Counted from the whole stretch's first letter, positions 1 through 11,430 are shown. The stretch is DNA of 55,064 nucleotides, filler included, from Basidiobolus ranarum (GCA_040143965.1; 5 parts of 5 records of this genome joined end to end with filler, not necessarily neighbours in it), one strand, 5' to 3'. Notes: generated by a model from the letters alone, not told the origin. Numbers and translations are program-made.

Positions 1-109
1 AGACGCGTTCACGATTGACCAAACAAGTCAAGCGTTCTGGCGAGAATGCTTGCACAGTCCACATGGCAAGAAGCATGAGGAAAATGGAGTGAATTGCAGT
101 TGGATTCAT
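1..109 (-). CDS. Secreted CAP/SCP-domain protein, 5' portion only (runs off window start)
   Basis: ATG at 109 gives MNPTAIHSIFLMLLAMWTVQA-FSPERLTCLVNRERV: a signal peptide ending VQA, then LxxLVNxER, which resembles the first helix of CAP/SCP (YkwD-like) domains. Not in ORF track. Confidence 0.65.
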   Translation of the reverse strand, partial: MNPTAIHSIFLMLLAMWTVQAFSPERLTCLVNRERV

Positions 110-992
110 TTTGTCTGGGTATAATTGATATTGATGCTGCTTGAAATAATAGGGATGACAAAAGTGCTGATGGTATTGCCTGTTGACTTTGTAATGGGAA
201 CTGATGAGCTTTCTAGGGACCAAAGTAACCTCATATATAGGATTGAGCAATTCTATGAATGAGTCTAACGCCACTAATCAGATATTTCCTTAGCAGATGT
301 CTCATTATTATCAATTCGGTTATATTTCACGAGTTGCATGAGTTCGTGCTGGCCGACAGAAGAAATGGGAGAGTGATAGATCCTAGTGCAAGTGCATTTA
401 GTTGATTTTTCCACATAGTAAATTCTATTGACAGCTTGAATACAGTTAACCTAACTGAGAACATATGCAACCGTTCAATTTGTATGCTAGAGTATTCATT
501 AATTATTGATGATAAAATTAACAATACTGTTAGTAAGTAGTAGTAAGCTCTAACCTGTTTACGTACTTAGTAGTGTTCAACGTATAATGCACCACTTTGT
601 TAGTATTTCTTTTTCTTAAGTTGAGCTTTAAATAAAAACAGCACATTCCTGTATCATCCACATCTCCTAGACATGAACGCATTTCAGGCAGAAATCCGAA
701 CTAAAATAGATTCATTTGATGGAAGATATGTCACCAGGTTGAACAATTCACGCATGAGAGCTGCGGGAATGTGTAGTCGGAGATATTAGGTGCGTTATTA
801 AGGGTTAGATAATAGAATGGCCTTACTTAGAGTAGATTCCTAATTTATTTAGAATACAATCCAATAAGACCTTCAACTCCGAATTCAAATATTTAAGTGA
901 AACTTTTTGTCTTTGATCTTTTCCTATTCTTTGAGTCTGTCAATTCACAAATTGTTCTTTGCATTTCATCACTTTTATTCTTCCATTCGTCA

Positions 993-1559
993 ATGAGTAC
1001 CATACTGGCCTTGTTAAATCCATTTCAATATCTCAGGAGCTCTTGGGCACTAACTCGAAATCTATTGATAATTATGTATATTAGAGTGTCAATTCTATTT
1101 GGACTAGAAGATAATGAAGGATCTAAAGGATACCAACCTATTCGTACGGTTCAATTTTCCGCCTTACTATTTGATAGAAGAGACAGTTGGGAGCCTGGAC
1201 TGAATTCCGCCGAAGTCTCACCATTACTGAATCGACGATCATTTGTATATGAAACATTTTTGGAAGATAGTAAAGATGGGTGTGAACATGTGAGTATACA
1301 AATGGATTCTAACGAGAAGATTCGAAAGGGTACACTATTAAAAGCAACCGCCAACACATGGATAGAATTACTCCATGAAATCTTTGGTAGTAGATACACT
1401 AGATTGAAGAGTCATCCCAGAGAAATCTATATGGAGAAACGGGGTAGTAGAAGCTTATTTCAACCTGGTTTAGGTCGCAATAGTATACACGTATCAGTAG
1501 TACCATTACCGCCACCTACTCGTGTATTCAGTAGTAATCCCAATTTATTGATGACTTGA
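993..1559 (+). CDS. Hypothetical protein (~188 aa)
   Basis: Long open frame 897-1559 in AT-rich DNA; first in-frame ATG at 993 (MSTILALLNPFQ...). No family recognised. Confidence 0.4.
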   Translation: MSTILALLNPFQYLRSSWALTRNLLIIMYIRVSILFGLEDNEGSKGYQPIRTVQFSALLFDRRDSWEPGLNSAEVSPLLNRRSFVYETFLEDSKDGCEHVSIQMDSNEKIRKGTLLKATANTWIELLHEIFGSRYTRLKSHPREIYMEKRGSRSLFQPGLGRNSIHVSVVPLPPPTRVFSSNPNLLMT

Positions 1560-2065
1560 TATCACATGATACCATTTACCCTTTATTCTCATCTATTTCG
1601 TTTTCACATTTAAGATTAATATGAAACTGCACATATTACATATCAGCTTAGTTCTTGAAATCTATATAACACGCAGTATTGATTACTCGCTAGTTCATTC
1701 TCATTGAATAAAATTTATTTACAAAACATACCAATTCCAGGAATATTATCCTAATTAATTGGATGTGATAAATATGGGCGAATAAAATCCCTCAAACAGA
1801 AAATTAGATAATTCTCATTCCAGCAGATGGATTTCATGATGAATCAATCAAAATCATAGTGCAGTGGCAGTGGCTTATATCATTATATCATCCAAATAGA
1901 GTGACATAGTAATTATGATTAGTTGTCTCTAGTAATGGAAGAGATTACCGATGAAATTACGAAATATGATGACTACGTCCCAAACTTTTCGCCAAACTTT
2001 TTCGATATAAGAATAGGAATCTATTCTCTCCACATACATCATCACCAGAACCTGAATAATTAACT

Positions 2066-3390
2066 ATGTCACTGATACTAGTACTAAATGCAGGAAGTTC
2101 AAGTCTAAAATTTCAATTGCTCAAAAAAGAAGATACGCTAAAGGTAGTGGCCAAAGGAAGTATTCAAGAGATTGGGAGTTCTTCTAAATCCACCATCACA
2201 TGTACGGTCAATACAAACGAATACAATCAAAATGTGAACGTTTCCGATCACAAAGATGCCATCAACCTATTAATAGACCATCTAGTGGATTCTGAGCCCA
2301 AAGTTGTCAATTGCAAAGAGGATATAGAGCTTATAGGACATCGTGTAGTCCATGGAGGAGATCAAACGACACCTTTAATCATCGATCCACAATCCCTCAA
2401 GAAAATTGACGAATTGACGGAACTAGCTCCCCTCCATAATCACAGTAGTGTTCAAGTGATTCGCCACTGTCTCAAAATCATGCCTCATGGAAAGAACATT
2501 GCTTGCTTTGATACTATGTTTCACAAATCACTTCCACCCCATGTATATACCTACCCGATTCCATACGAGAATACAGTGAAGCAAAGCATCCGAAAATATG
2601 GTTTCCACGGTTTGTCATATGGTCATATTATAAAAGTCGCTTCGAACCATCTTGAAGGAAAACCAGAGGATTTCAAGTTTATTGCCTTACATCTTGGTAG
2701 TGGTGCCTCTGCCTGTGCCATAAAATATGGTGCCAGTATAGATACATCTATGGGAATGACTCCTCTAGAAGGTGAGACTATGATTCCCATCAGTACGATT
2801 TGTCTGATAGACTAATGTTTCTTTATTGCATAGGCCTAATGATGGGAACCAGATCTGGTGATATCGACCCATCGCTGATATTCCATCTTCCTCATAGAGA
2901 AGAGATGGCTAATGAGGCACCAGGCATTGAAGGAGAGAAATTTCATTTAACCAAAGCAGAGTATATTCTAAACCATCAGAGTGGACTTAAAGGCGTAGCG
3001 GGCACTAACGATATTCGGGAGATAATCAAGCTAAGCTCCAGCTCTGACAAAGAGAAATCCAAACGTGCTAAATTAGCACTGGATATGTTTATCTACCGAA
3101 TACAGAAATATATTGGCGCTTATTACGTTGCACTGAACGGTGCAGACGCCATCATTCTTAGTGGTGGTATAGGTGAAAAATCCAAAGAAGTCAGAGACGG
3201 AATATGCCAAGGTTTAGAGTCTATAGGAATCAAATTAAACATGACTAAAAATGATGCAGTGGAAGAGCAATTTAAAAATGGTAAAACTGTAGTTGAAATT
3301 GGTGAGGGAAAAGTTCGTACCCTTGTCATTCAGACTGATGAAGAGATGGAAATAGCTCGTGCGGTGCTTGAAATAGAGAAACAATCGTAA
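2066..3390 (+). CDS. ackA: Acetate kinase, 2 exons (intron 2772-2833)
   Basis: Motifs VLNAGSSSLKF, GHRVVHGG, LAPLHN, FDTMFH, IRKYGFHGLS, HLGSGAS, TSMGMTPLEG|LMMGTRSGD, SGGIGE, TDEE. A GTGAG...ACTAAT...TAG intron joins the two track ORFs in frame. Confidence 0.97.
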
Positions 3391-4026
3391 ATAAATGTAC
3401 CTGATTAGGTGTACTCCGTACTGTTAATCGTAGTGTTACAATTTTAGTCAAGCCACTAAATATAAGATATGTTTCCTGCCATTTTTTAACCATGAAAAGT
3501 TATGTTGTAAATATATCATTAGCTTCATGTATTAGTTGTAAGTTAAGCTGGGGAAGTTTATTCTGGCATTCTGAATACACTCATATATATGACATGAAGA
3601 TTGGTAAAGCTTGTGCAATAAATTCAAATAATCACAATTGTCTTAGAAATATTCAATTTAGTAGACCATAGCAGTATTGTTACACAAGAACTTATCTTTT
3701 CCAAAGCGCATCAAATGAAATACAACATTAAGAATATGTATCTCAATCACATGGCATATGTCAACTCTCGCAAAAGGGTAGTATATACAAGACACGAACA
3801 GACATATAATACTCTGGGAAGAGACTATGTGGAATAAACAATCACATCATTGATGCTCCAAGTGACTAGAAGCAAACCGAAATGAACTCATCTCACACGT
3901 AATTCGACCATTCTATTGCTCATCGTCCTCTTCATCCAATCAAATATCCCGGTGAATAGTGATATAAGAAACTAGGCATTATCCGTTTCTTACTCTCAGT
4001 TCACTATCTGACTTGATTACTATTTC

Positions 4027-4729
4027 ATGAGATCATCGACATTGCCAACAACATCCCGTGGTTCTTTAGATTTAATGACCCCTACACCCACACCCACACA
4101 CTCTCACCATCGACTTTCTACTATCGTCAACCTGTATCAAGCGAATAATTCATCTAATCAAGACTATCTTGGCGAGAATCATCATGTACAGGAATCAATG
4201 AGGACAACGATCACGATAAAGGAAAAGCCTCCGATATCCATACATTACTGAACCGGGAGACCTCTTTCGACTATCAGCAAACCAAAAAGGGCACTAGCTC
4301 TGGTGTAACCTTGAATTGTATCAAAACGACCCATTCCAAATGGTCCTTACCCACAATTTCATATCGGATATCGATAAGGAATCTCTCAGTAGTAAAAATA
4401 GAGCACGTGGTGCTTCATTGAAATTCAATTTGCCTCAAGATGAGTCTCATCCTGAATCTTACACAGGACGACCTATGAGACAGATCAAGCCATATGTTCA
4501 GCATCGCTGGTCCATTCGATCTCCACCACCAGTACAATATCACCATTGTCAAGATTGTCCAATGAAATTTCGACGTTTTGAGCATCTGAAACGGCACGAA
4601 TGTACACATACTATGCAGAAACCATATGGTTGTCTCCATGATGGGTGCAGTAAAACCTTTTCAAGGTGAGATAATTTGTACCAGCATCTTCGCACTCATG
4701 GTAAAGGACTAGGGACGTTGATAAATTAG
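4027..4729 (+). pseudogene. C2H2 zinc-finger transcription factor gene, disrupted
   Basis: Finger 1 CQDCPMKFRRFEHLKRHECTH, linker TMQKPY, finger 2 CLHDGCSKTFSR*DNLYQHLRTH interrupted by TGA at 4667-4669; real stop TAG at 4727-4729. The 5' ORF (4027-4251) is out of frame with the finger ORF. Confidence 0.75.
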
Positions 4730-5074
4730 TTGATCGAAACACTCGCATCTGGCATCATGTAAATATAATGATGAGTGGTATAAGAATTTAATACTCACTG
4801 TCAAACCCGCTAGCCATATACAAATTAATTAGAAGTGAAGGTGAGTGATGTGTTTTAATCAATAAAATTCTTTCCGGAGTAATATATTCCTTGCTTGAAA
4901 GGCCACAAAATTCAATGGAATGATTATGATAAAAGCCAGCAACTGTGAATTATTGATGCTGCAGTGGGTGCTCTCTATATATCCGAAAATAAGGGATAGA
5001 GAAAGTGTACATAGTATATCATGGTTCGTTTGACTAGTCCTGCTTCTCGCTCTAAAAGGTGGTCACCATCTCTG

Positions 5075-5242
5075 CTAGCTTAGTAGACACAGAGAACGGT
5101 TTTTGTTGGATTTACGAGAGAAGTATGGGATGATAGAGGTTCGGTCGTACTCGCTCGAAGAGTGTGTCAAGTAAACCACTTTAAACCGACTAAAACGTAC
5201 CAGTTTTTTGGCTGGATTGATGGGTAGAAATTCATTATTCAT
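5075..5242 (-). CDS. 55-aa small ORF with PP1-docking-like motif (RVxF...THSxxEYDR)
   Basis: MNNEFLPINPAKKLVRFSRFKVVYLTHSSSEYDRTSIIPYFSRKSNKNRSLCLLS*. Below the ORF-track length cutoff; the motif string resembles the Bni4/neurabin PP1-binding segment. Confidence 0.6.
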   Translation of the reverse strand: MNNEFLPINPAKKLVRFSRFKVVYLTHSSSEYDRTSIIPYFSRKSNKNRSLCLLS

Positions 5243-5710
5243 TCTTACGAAGCAATCATAGACGTGCGATGAAAAGGATCTTCAATACAATGGCAAGATG
5301 TGATAAAAGGGAGCTGGAGTGAGAAAGGACTGTGGGTGGCAAAGATTGACTTTTACTGACTATTATATCAGTTTTCTTGAGATTAAGGCAACAGGTGAAT
5401 ATTGACTTCATAATGAAATACTGATTAAGGAAAACGTTGGGTAATTCGTGAATGATGGGTAGTTCCAAAAACGATCTCCACACTTTCATATTAACCAAAT
5501 ATAGAACCATTAACAAATTCCCTTCTGACATAACCATTTGGTCAACTTTATTCAGGTGACCAATAGGAAGCATGGGAATTCAGAAATTCTTATGATAATT
5601 GGCCATCACCGTACACCTTATTACATCGAGTGGTTGGGAGTGTTTGCGAAATGTAGGATACTAGGATATTACCATCAATTTATTAACTGTTTATATATGG
5701 CTTAGATGAA

Positions 5711-5992
5711 TTAGTTTGTGAATGTTTTATGTCTAGCTGGTAAAAAGGTGAATTCTTGAAAATTATCGAAATCACATATCACCTCTGATGCTCCTTCTGG
5801 CGGAGTAGACTTTCTTTGGCATACGGTACCCTCTGCGCATTCTCTTCTTACCCATTGATCATCATTACAGGTATAGAAACCAGGTGGGTCTGCAAAGTTG
5901 CATTTCATGGAGTTTTCTTGGCATTCCCCTCTAACAACCCTATTTCCATGAAAATGAACTAACCATAGAATGATGACAAATCCCTTCATCAT
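5711..5992 (-). CDS. Small secreted Cys-rich protein with CBM19-like carbohydrate-binding module
   Basis: Hydrophobic N-terminus, then C..NSMKC....PGFYTCNDDQWVRRECAEGTVC, matching the CBM19 pattern F-x-x-C-x(4)-W-V-x(3)-C-x-x-G-T-x-C. TATATAA on the minus strand near 6052. Confidence 0.7.
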   Translation of the reverse strand: MMKGFVIILWLVHFHGNRVVRGECQENSMKCNFADPPGFYTCNDDQWVRRECAEGTVCQRKSTPPEGASEVICDFDNFQEFTFLPARHKTFTN

Positions 5993-6342
5993 GTGACTCG
6001 ACAGTTTTCACCAACCAGCGCGGTAACCTTCCAAGAGAAATTTTCATTCTTTATATAGGAACCAAAGCTAAGATACTCAGTTGACAACGATGCAAGTCTC
6101 ATAATCAATCGTACGCTTAGATTGTAAGTGTTGTGTTCATAATAGAGTTGAGGTACATCCATTGCATATAGAATGGAAAGATAACAATCAGCTCCACGGA
6201 ATATTGAAGAGGGTGTGGATCCTTAGTAAAAGTAACTCTTATGCATGTTGAAGTATTGTATTATTAAGAACTGATATGACAATTCCATATGGTTATGAAC
6301 ATTAACTCACATTTACAAATTAATAAGGAATGAGGCATACGT

Positions 6343-7575
6343 TTAGATTTGAGAATGTGGTGATGATGGTGGTGGTGTTACAAAATTCTGAGGACTAGAT
6401 ATCGTATTCACTGGCCTGATACCATTCACCTGGCCATTTCTTACGTTCAGTTGCGAAGATACCTGTGGGTTGGGTGCCATTGAGTAAGGTGACAGTAGCC
6501 CATCACTATATCGTCTTTCAGTATGCTGAATATGTTCAGTTGGAAGTGGAGCTCCTATTGCAGCTGGAGGCAATAGAAATCCTGTTTCTGAAGGCCTTCT
6601 TGGACTGACTGGGGAATGTGCTGGGGAGTGAAATGGGGATGTTATCGGACTTCCCTGGGATGAGGATAACAAAGGAGTGTGAAGGGGAGAGCCTAATACA
6701 TTGCCATAACCTATTGGCCCATTTGCGTATGAAGGGGATACATTGACAACAGGGAAGCCAAAATTATCCTGTGGAGTCTTGACTTCCGTATCACGGTTGA
6801 TTACTGTGGTGTTGTTCGTAACTCTTGACTGATCATGGTTAATCGTAATCATAGGAGGTCGTTTAGCTGGATCTAATCGTGGCACTAGGTGTTCATGCTT
6901 CAAATTTTCATTCTCAAGTCTCAAACCTTGAATCTCTGTTTGCAAATCTTTAATATAGTCGATTGTTAACCTTAGGACATTGCCACGAGCATACTTAATC
7001 CCCTCCTCTTGTGCATTTGGAACGATTTCCGAGAGTTCTTCAATTGCGGTATTAATTAAATCTCGACGTTTTCGTTCCACACGATTATGCTGTTCCTTAC
7101 GTTTTTGAATTCTAGTGATCGCGGCTTGACTATCTATCTCATCTCGATTGAGTATATTCACTCCGTTTACTACGTACGACTCACGACGTCGGTTTTCCTT
7201 ATTTTTAAACAATTTATCGGGGGAAAATTCCCTAATGGAATCCTCAAAACGATATCCTTTTAAACGACGGTTAGCCATATGACTTGTCAAAGAAGGTTTC
7301 TTCTCCACAGGTGTTGGTTCCACCGGTTTTTTGATGGTTGAAGTGCCTTCACCGGGGTTGCTAGGTGGGCAGAAGGGATGGGAATTTAAAGGATATGACT
7401 GAGCTGCATGGGGAATTGTTGGTGATATAGACTGAGAAGTATATTGCATGACTGATACCGTAGGAGGCATCGGTCCAGGCATTAAGGTTGTTTGGGTTCT
7501 AGTTTGTGAAGTGGTAGAATTCTCATTGAAGTCTATTATTCGAAAAGGAGGTGCTTCTGGGTTTCCTTTATCCAT
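6343..7575 (-). CDS. bHLH(-zipper) transcription factor, 410 aa, intronless
   Basis: RKEQHNRVERKRRDLINTAIEELSEIVP...RGNVLRLTIDYIKDLQ followed by a heptad segment (LQTEIQGLRLENENLK); Pro/Ser-rich flanks. Confidence 0.92.
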   Translation of the reverse strand: MDKGNPEAPPFRIIDFNENSTTSQTRTQTTLMPGPMPPTVSVMQYTSQSISPTIPHAAQSYPLNSHPFCPPSNPGEGTSTIKKPVEPTPVEKKPSLTSHMANRRLKGYRFEDSIREFSPDKLFKNKENRRRESYVVNGVNILNRDEIDSQAAITRIQKRKEQHNRVERKRRDLINTAIEELSEIVPNAQEEGIKYARGNVLRLTIDYIKDLQTEIQGLRLENENLKHEHLVPRLDPAKRPPMITINHDQSRVTNNTTVINRDTEVKTPQDNFGFPVVNVSPSYANGPIGYGNVLGSPLHTPLLSSSQGSPITSPFHSPAHSPVSPRRPSETGFLLPPAAIGAPLPTEHIQHTERRYSDGLLSPYSMAPNPQVSSQLNVRNGQVNGIRPVNTISSPQNFVTPPPSSPHSQI

Positions 7576-8173
7576 TTAATCAACACCAAATGGAAATTCA
7601 ATAAATCAGCTTAAAGAAAGCTTTTCTCAAAGTGCTACGCTTTGGTTGATAAGTGTGTAAGAGAGTAAGAAAGGGGACCTTTTGAAGAGTAGAAAATTAA
7701 GGGGATATTAAGCTCACCAAGAGATACCAGTAAAAGATGAAGGTTATTGCATGGGGAAAAAGGAAGCTGATAGAGATGGATCAAATAGAAATATCAATTC
7801 GGAACATACCAGAGATATTTTACCAGGGCATATGTTCCCCTTGAATGATTCCCATTGGCCAATTGGATTGGTTTGATCAATGGTACAAGTGGCTTTTGTA
7901 TAGGAAATCAAGGATGTTTGCTTAGCAAAGGTTCGTGTTAATAGGTTCGGATTAGGATTAAGATTTGGATTAGGGTTCACCTGACTCTAAGTGGATTAAA
8001 GTTAAATTCCCTGCCTATTTGGGCTATTCTGCTCATTTGGTTTGTCTCCGTTTCTACTAATTTTCTAAAAAGAAGGGGATTTCTTTACTTGGGCAAAGTG
8101 ATACAAAGCTTGGCAACCGTTTAAATGGTCACCCTTACGGTTTCACAAATTTGGTTTTTGAAGAGATTTACGC

Positions 8174-8210
8174 CATAATGGTGCTCATAGTGGTGCTCAT
8201 AATGGTGCTC
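8174..8210. repeat. 12-bp tandem repeat x3 (CATARTGGTGCT)
   Basis: cataatggtgct catagtggtgct cataatggtgct read directly. Confidence 0.85.
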
Positions 8211-8459
8211 TTGTCTAATGAAATTAGAAAGTAGCCTTTTAAAGCGGTGGGGTCATAGCAATCACTATCCGTATTTATCCTACCATAGCCGTGCCAACAA
8301 CCCTTATTCCCTCGCTGTTCCTTATTTTCCGAATCATTTTCACAACTCACACGCTCTCAAGGGCATCTCTTATGATTCAGGAAACTTGACTAATCTAAAA
8401 TAGGGAATATGCATGGTAATTAAATGTAGTCTCATCAATCGAAAGCTAAATGCATATAA

Positions 8460-8528
8460 CCTAATACCTAATAAATCCATATAGCCTAATGCCTAATAAA
8501 TAGCCTAATCCCCAATCAATAGCCTAAT
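8460..8528. repeat. Cluster of six CCTAAT hexamers upstream of the bHLH gene
   Basis: CCTAAT at 8460, 8467, 8485, 8492, 8504 and 8523. Confidence 0.7.
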
Positions 8529-10416
8529 ACCAGTAGGTAATATGGATATACTAATCGCTGTAAAATGGAAATACAAATTGGTGCTTACTCCCGCTCAATT
8601 AATCAACTATCTGATCAAATATTGGTATCACCGCCACATCTGGGACTATATCCATCCCTTGACTCATTTAATCAAGCAGTCCCCGTATCGTGTCCTTTCC
8701 TTATGTATTGCCTAGTCAGGGCAATTCTGTTTCTCAGTTCCTAACCCTACTTGGAGAAGTGGCGACATTCGATATAGTGAAGAGGGGTGAATTAAGATCA
8801 TCTGGACCTTCCTTATTTAATGATAGTTACATCCTCTTTAATGCTACTTAATTGCTCTTATTTGGTTTCGCTAGTTTCTTGATAAACTATGTTCTCTCGT
8901 TACTAATTCATCTTGAGTGAAATACTTGTGTATCATCATTCGTTAGTAGACCACTGTAACCGAAGAGTCTGCTGAACCATTTCTAATAGTCAGACAGTAC
9001 CACATTGACTGGTAACACTGATTGCGAAAGGGAAACTTCCTGTATAGTAGTAGAGACCATTCGAAAGCGTCATTTGCTTTTACAAGTCAAATACTTGACA
9101 TAAATCTTGATAGTCTGTATAAGTCTTAGCAAATTGCTTAGCTTAGATTGTCAAATCAAGTTAAACAGTTGCTGAATGAGGAAGGTCATAAGCTATGCTT
9201 CATTGTATCTAAAAGAAGTATGAACGATTTCTTAAATTTGTTATGAAAATGAGGTAACTTCGTGTCTTAGTGCCAGTCAAAAATATCATGGTATACTTGA
9301 TTTTTCATAGTTTATATAACACTTAGACTGCCAACTACTCGATGGCAATTGCTGGTGAAATCTTGAACAACAAACTATCCCACTCATAAAATGATCAGCA
9401 CTATTATTGGTGCACCAACTCCTAAATCCATAAGTGGGTTTTATCTATTGGCGTACATTTGCTCTCTATCGTATAGAGAAATATAGGATCTCTGAATGGA
9501 ATACGGAGAATTTGATGGGTAGAAATCAGAGTCCTATGCTCGATAATTATGATGTTCGGTAGAAAGCTGCATAAATATGACAACTTACAAGGTTGTAATG
9601 TAAATGCATATACGAAATTTTGTGCGAGGTTTCATATGCTGTGAATGAGTATGCACCTTCTGACCTCATGCCTTAACCATTCATGCTAAAATATATCAAC
9701 ATTTTCTGATTAATGAAACTTGAGAAATTTAAAGTTCAAGCACTGCCAAAGATATCCCTAACCTTCAGAAATAATAGCAAGCCCATTGACTGTTTTTTGT
9801 CAATGCTTGAAAACGAAATGAAGAGTGTATATAGGGACTGGTAGCTGCTTGGTGGTCCGAGTACCTTGCTAGATTTACATGGTACTGGGGAAATTCTGAT
9901 TTTGGGAAGATGGGTTTAACGGAGTTGTTACAAAATTGTGAGGTGCTGTCCAGTTTACTTAAAACATATTGACTGTTTTGGCTGAAAATCCTGATAATAC
10001 TACTTGATGTTGTATTGCAGAAGAAGCAAATGCATACAGATGGAATTAGTGGTGCTATGGCTAAGTCCGCAGCAATTATTTTACCCTATGAATTGTAGAC
10101 TCAAGGGAGAATTTGGATTCGACACAGTCAGCTAAGAGTTGATAAAAATTACAGAATCCATTTCATTCACAAATAGGAATTATAAATGCCTATAGGGGCA
10201 GAAGCTATTATTGCATGGAATGTGTACTAAAGTTACATTTTCTTTTTAGCAGTTACTTTTTATTTAGTTCATAAGTTGTAATGACCAAAAATTGCCATTT
10301 TTTATATGGTTAGGGTGGGGATATTGAGTTCTTATTTTTTTTAAATAAGCAAAGGCTGTTCAAAGTAATATTATCATTTTTATAGGAACCATACTTACAA
10401 TATTTGATATATATTC

Positions 10417-10955
10417 TGTTGAAATTAGCATTGCCTAAACACCTATATAGTCATATATAGTTTAGCACTTAGTTATCTTATATTTCACTAAGATATCACC
10501 CATTATTCTCATGAGGAATTTACTTGGAATATTTTTTACCAACTTAGAAGTTCTCAGTTATATAGGTTTCTCAAACTTATACTAGAAGCCCCAAACTTTG
10601 CACACATTTTGATGGGACATTCCTTCACACATTCTGCATGTTAGTTTGCATATATCTTAACAAAACTATACATAGTAACTCAACAAGTGAAAAACACCAA
10701 TTTCTCTATTTCTCCAAATCACTTCCAACAGGCTCACAAATACTTTAACAGGTTATGAGCCCAAATTTTGCAATATCTGCAATGTCTACTTCTCAGATTT
10801 ATGGAATTTTTCCCTTTTCTGAAAAATTGGATGGAACCAATTATCAACTTTAGAAAATTAAAATTGAAATGCTGCTGCAAGACAAAGGACTTTGAGACAC
10901 TGTTGTAGGAGAAGAAAACAATGCATAACTATCTAAAACCAAAATTTTACTCCAG
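10417..10955 (+). mobile_element. Degenerate Ty1/Copia LTR retrotransposon 5' end (LTR, PBS, gag start); truncated by contig end
   Basis: ...TTTAACA (LTR 3' end, 10750) is immediately followed by the copia-type PBS GGTTATGAGCCC (10751-10762). ATG at 10782 gives MSTSQIYGIFPFSEKLDGTNYQL*KIKIEMLLQDKGL*DTVVG, matching the Copia gag N-terminal pattern KLDGxNYxxWxxxxxxxLxxxxLW. The LTR 5' boundary is uncertain (TGTT at 10417 or 10357). Confidence 0.88.
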
Positions 10956-11055
10956 NNNNNNNNNNNNNNNNNNNNNNNNNNNNNNNNNNNNNNNNNNNNT
11001 TAATTAATTAANNNNNNNNNNNNNNNNNNNNNNNNNNNNNNNNNNNNNNNNNNNN
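10956..11055. other. Artificial contig spacer (N44-TTAATTAATTAA-N44)
   Basis: Six-frame stop linker flanked by 44 N on each side. Confidence 0.98.
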
Positions 11056-11430
11056 CCCCCCCCCCCCCCCCCCCCACCCCCCGCCCCCCGGGGGGGCCAC
11101 GGCGAAGAATAGCAAGTAATTGAATGGTATAAGAACATCCGTATTTCAACATATACAGGCTCTATAAGTCAAAATTTCATGGGGTGTAAAGAACAAAGAT
11201 CACGGTGCATATTAAATCTGCGGTTCGATGGTTTGCACCTCGAGGTTTAGGATATTATTCCATAGAGAAGATGCACACAGTATTTACAAATAAAACAGAA
11301 TATCGATAAAGGAAAAATGAAGGAAAAGCAATAGGCGGCTGCTCAACAACAAGTGTTGATCAATTAGCAATGCACAAAACAGTGGCGTTAAGGAAATTTG
11401 CCCTTGTTCGTTGGGATATGACGGTTCCGC

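Noticed and set aside
4667-4669. In-frame TGA as a selenocysteine codon
   Set aside because: The position aligns to Ser, not Cys, in C2H2 fingers; no SECIS recognised; the gene has other lesions.
11000-11011. TTAATTAATTAA recurring every ~11 kb as a periodic biological element
   Set aside because: Always centred in exactly 44+44 Ns; it is a synthetic six-frame stop linker.
11056-11097. Poly-C/G run suggesting a G-quadruplex or telomere-like end
   Set aside because: Sits at a contig start; typical low-quality sequence end.
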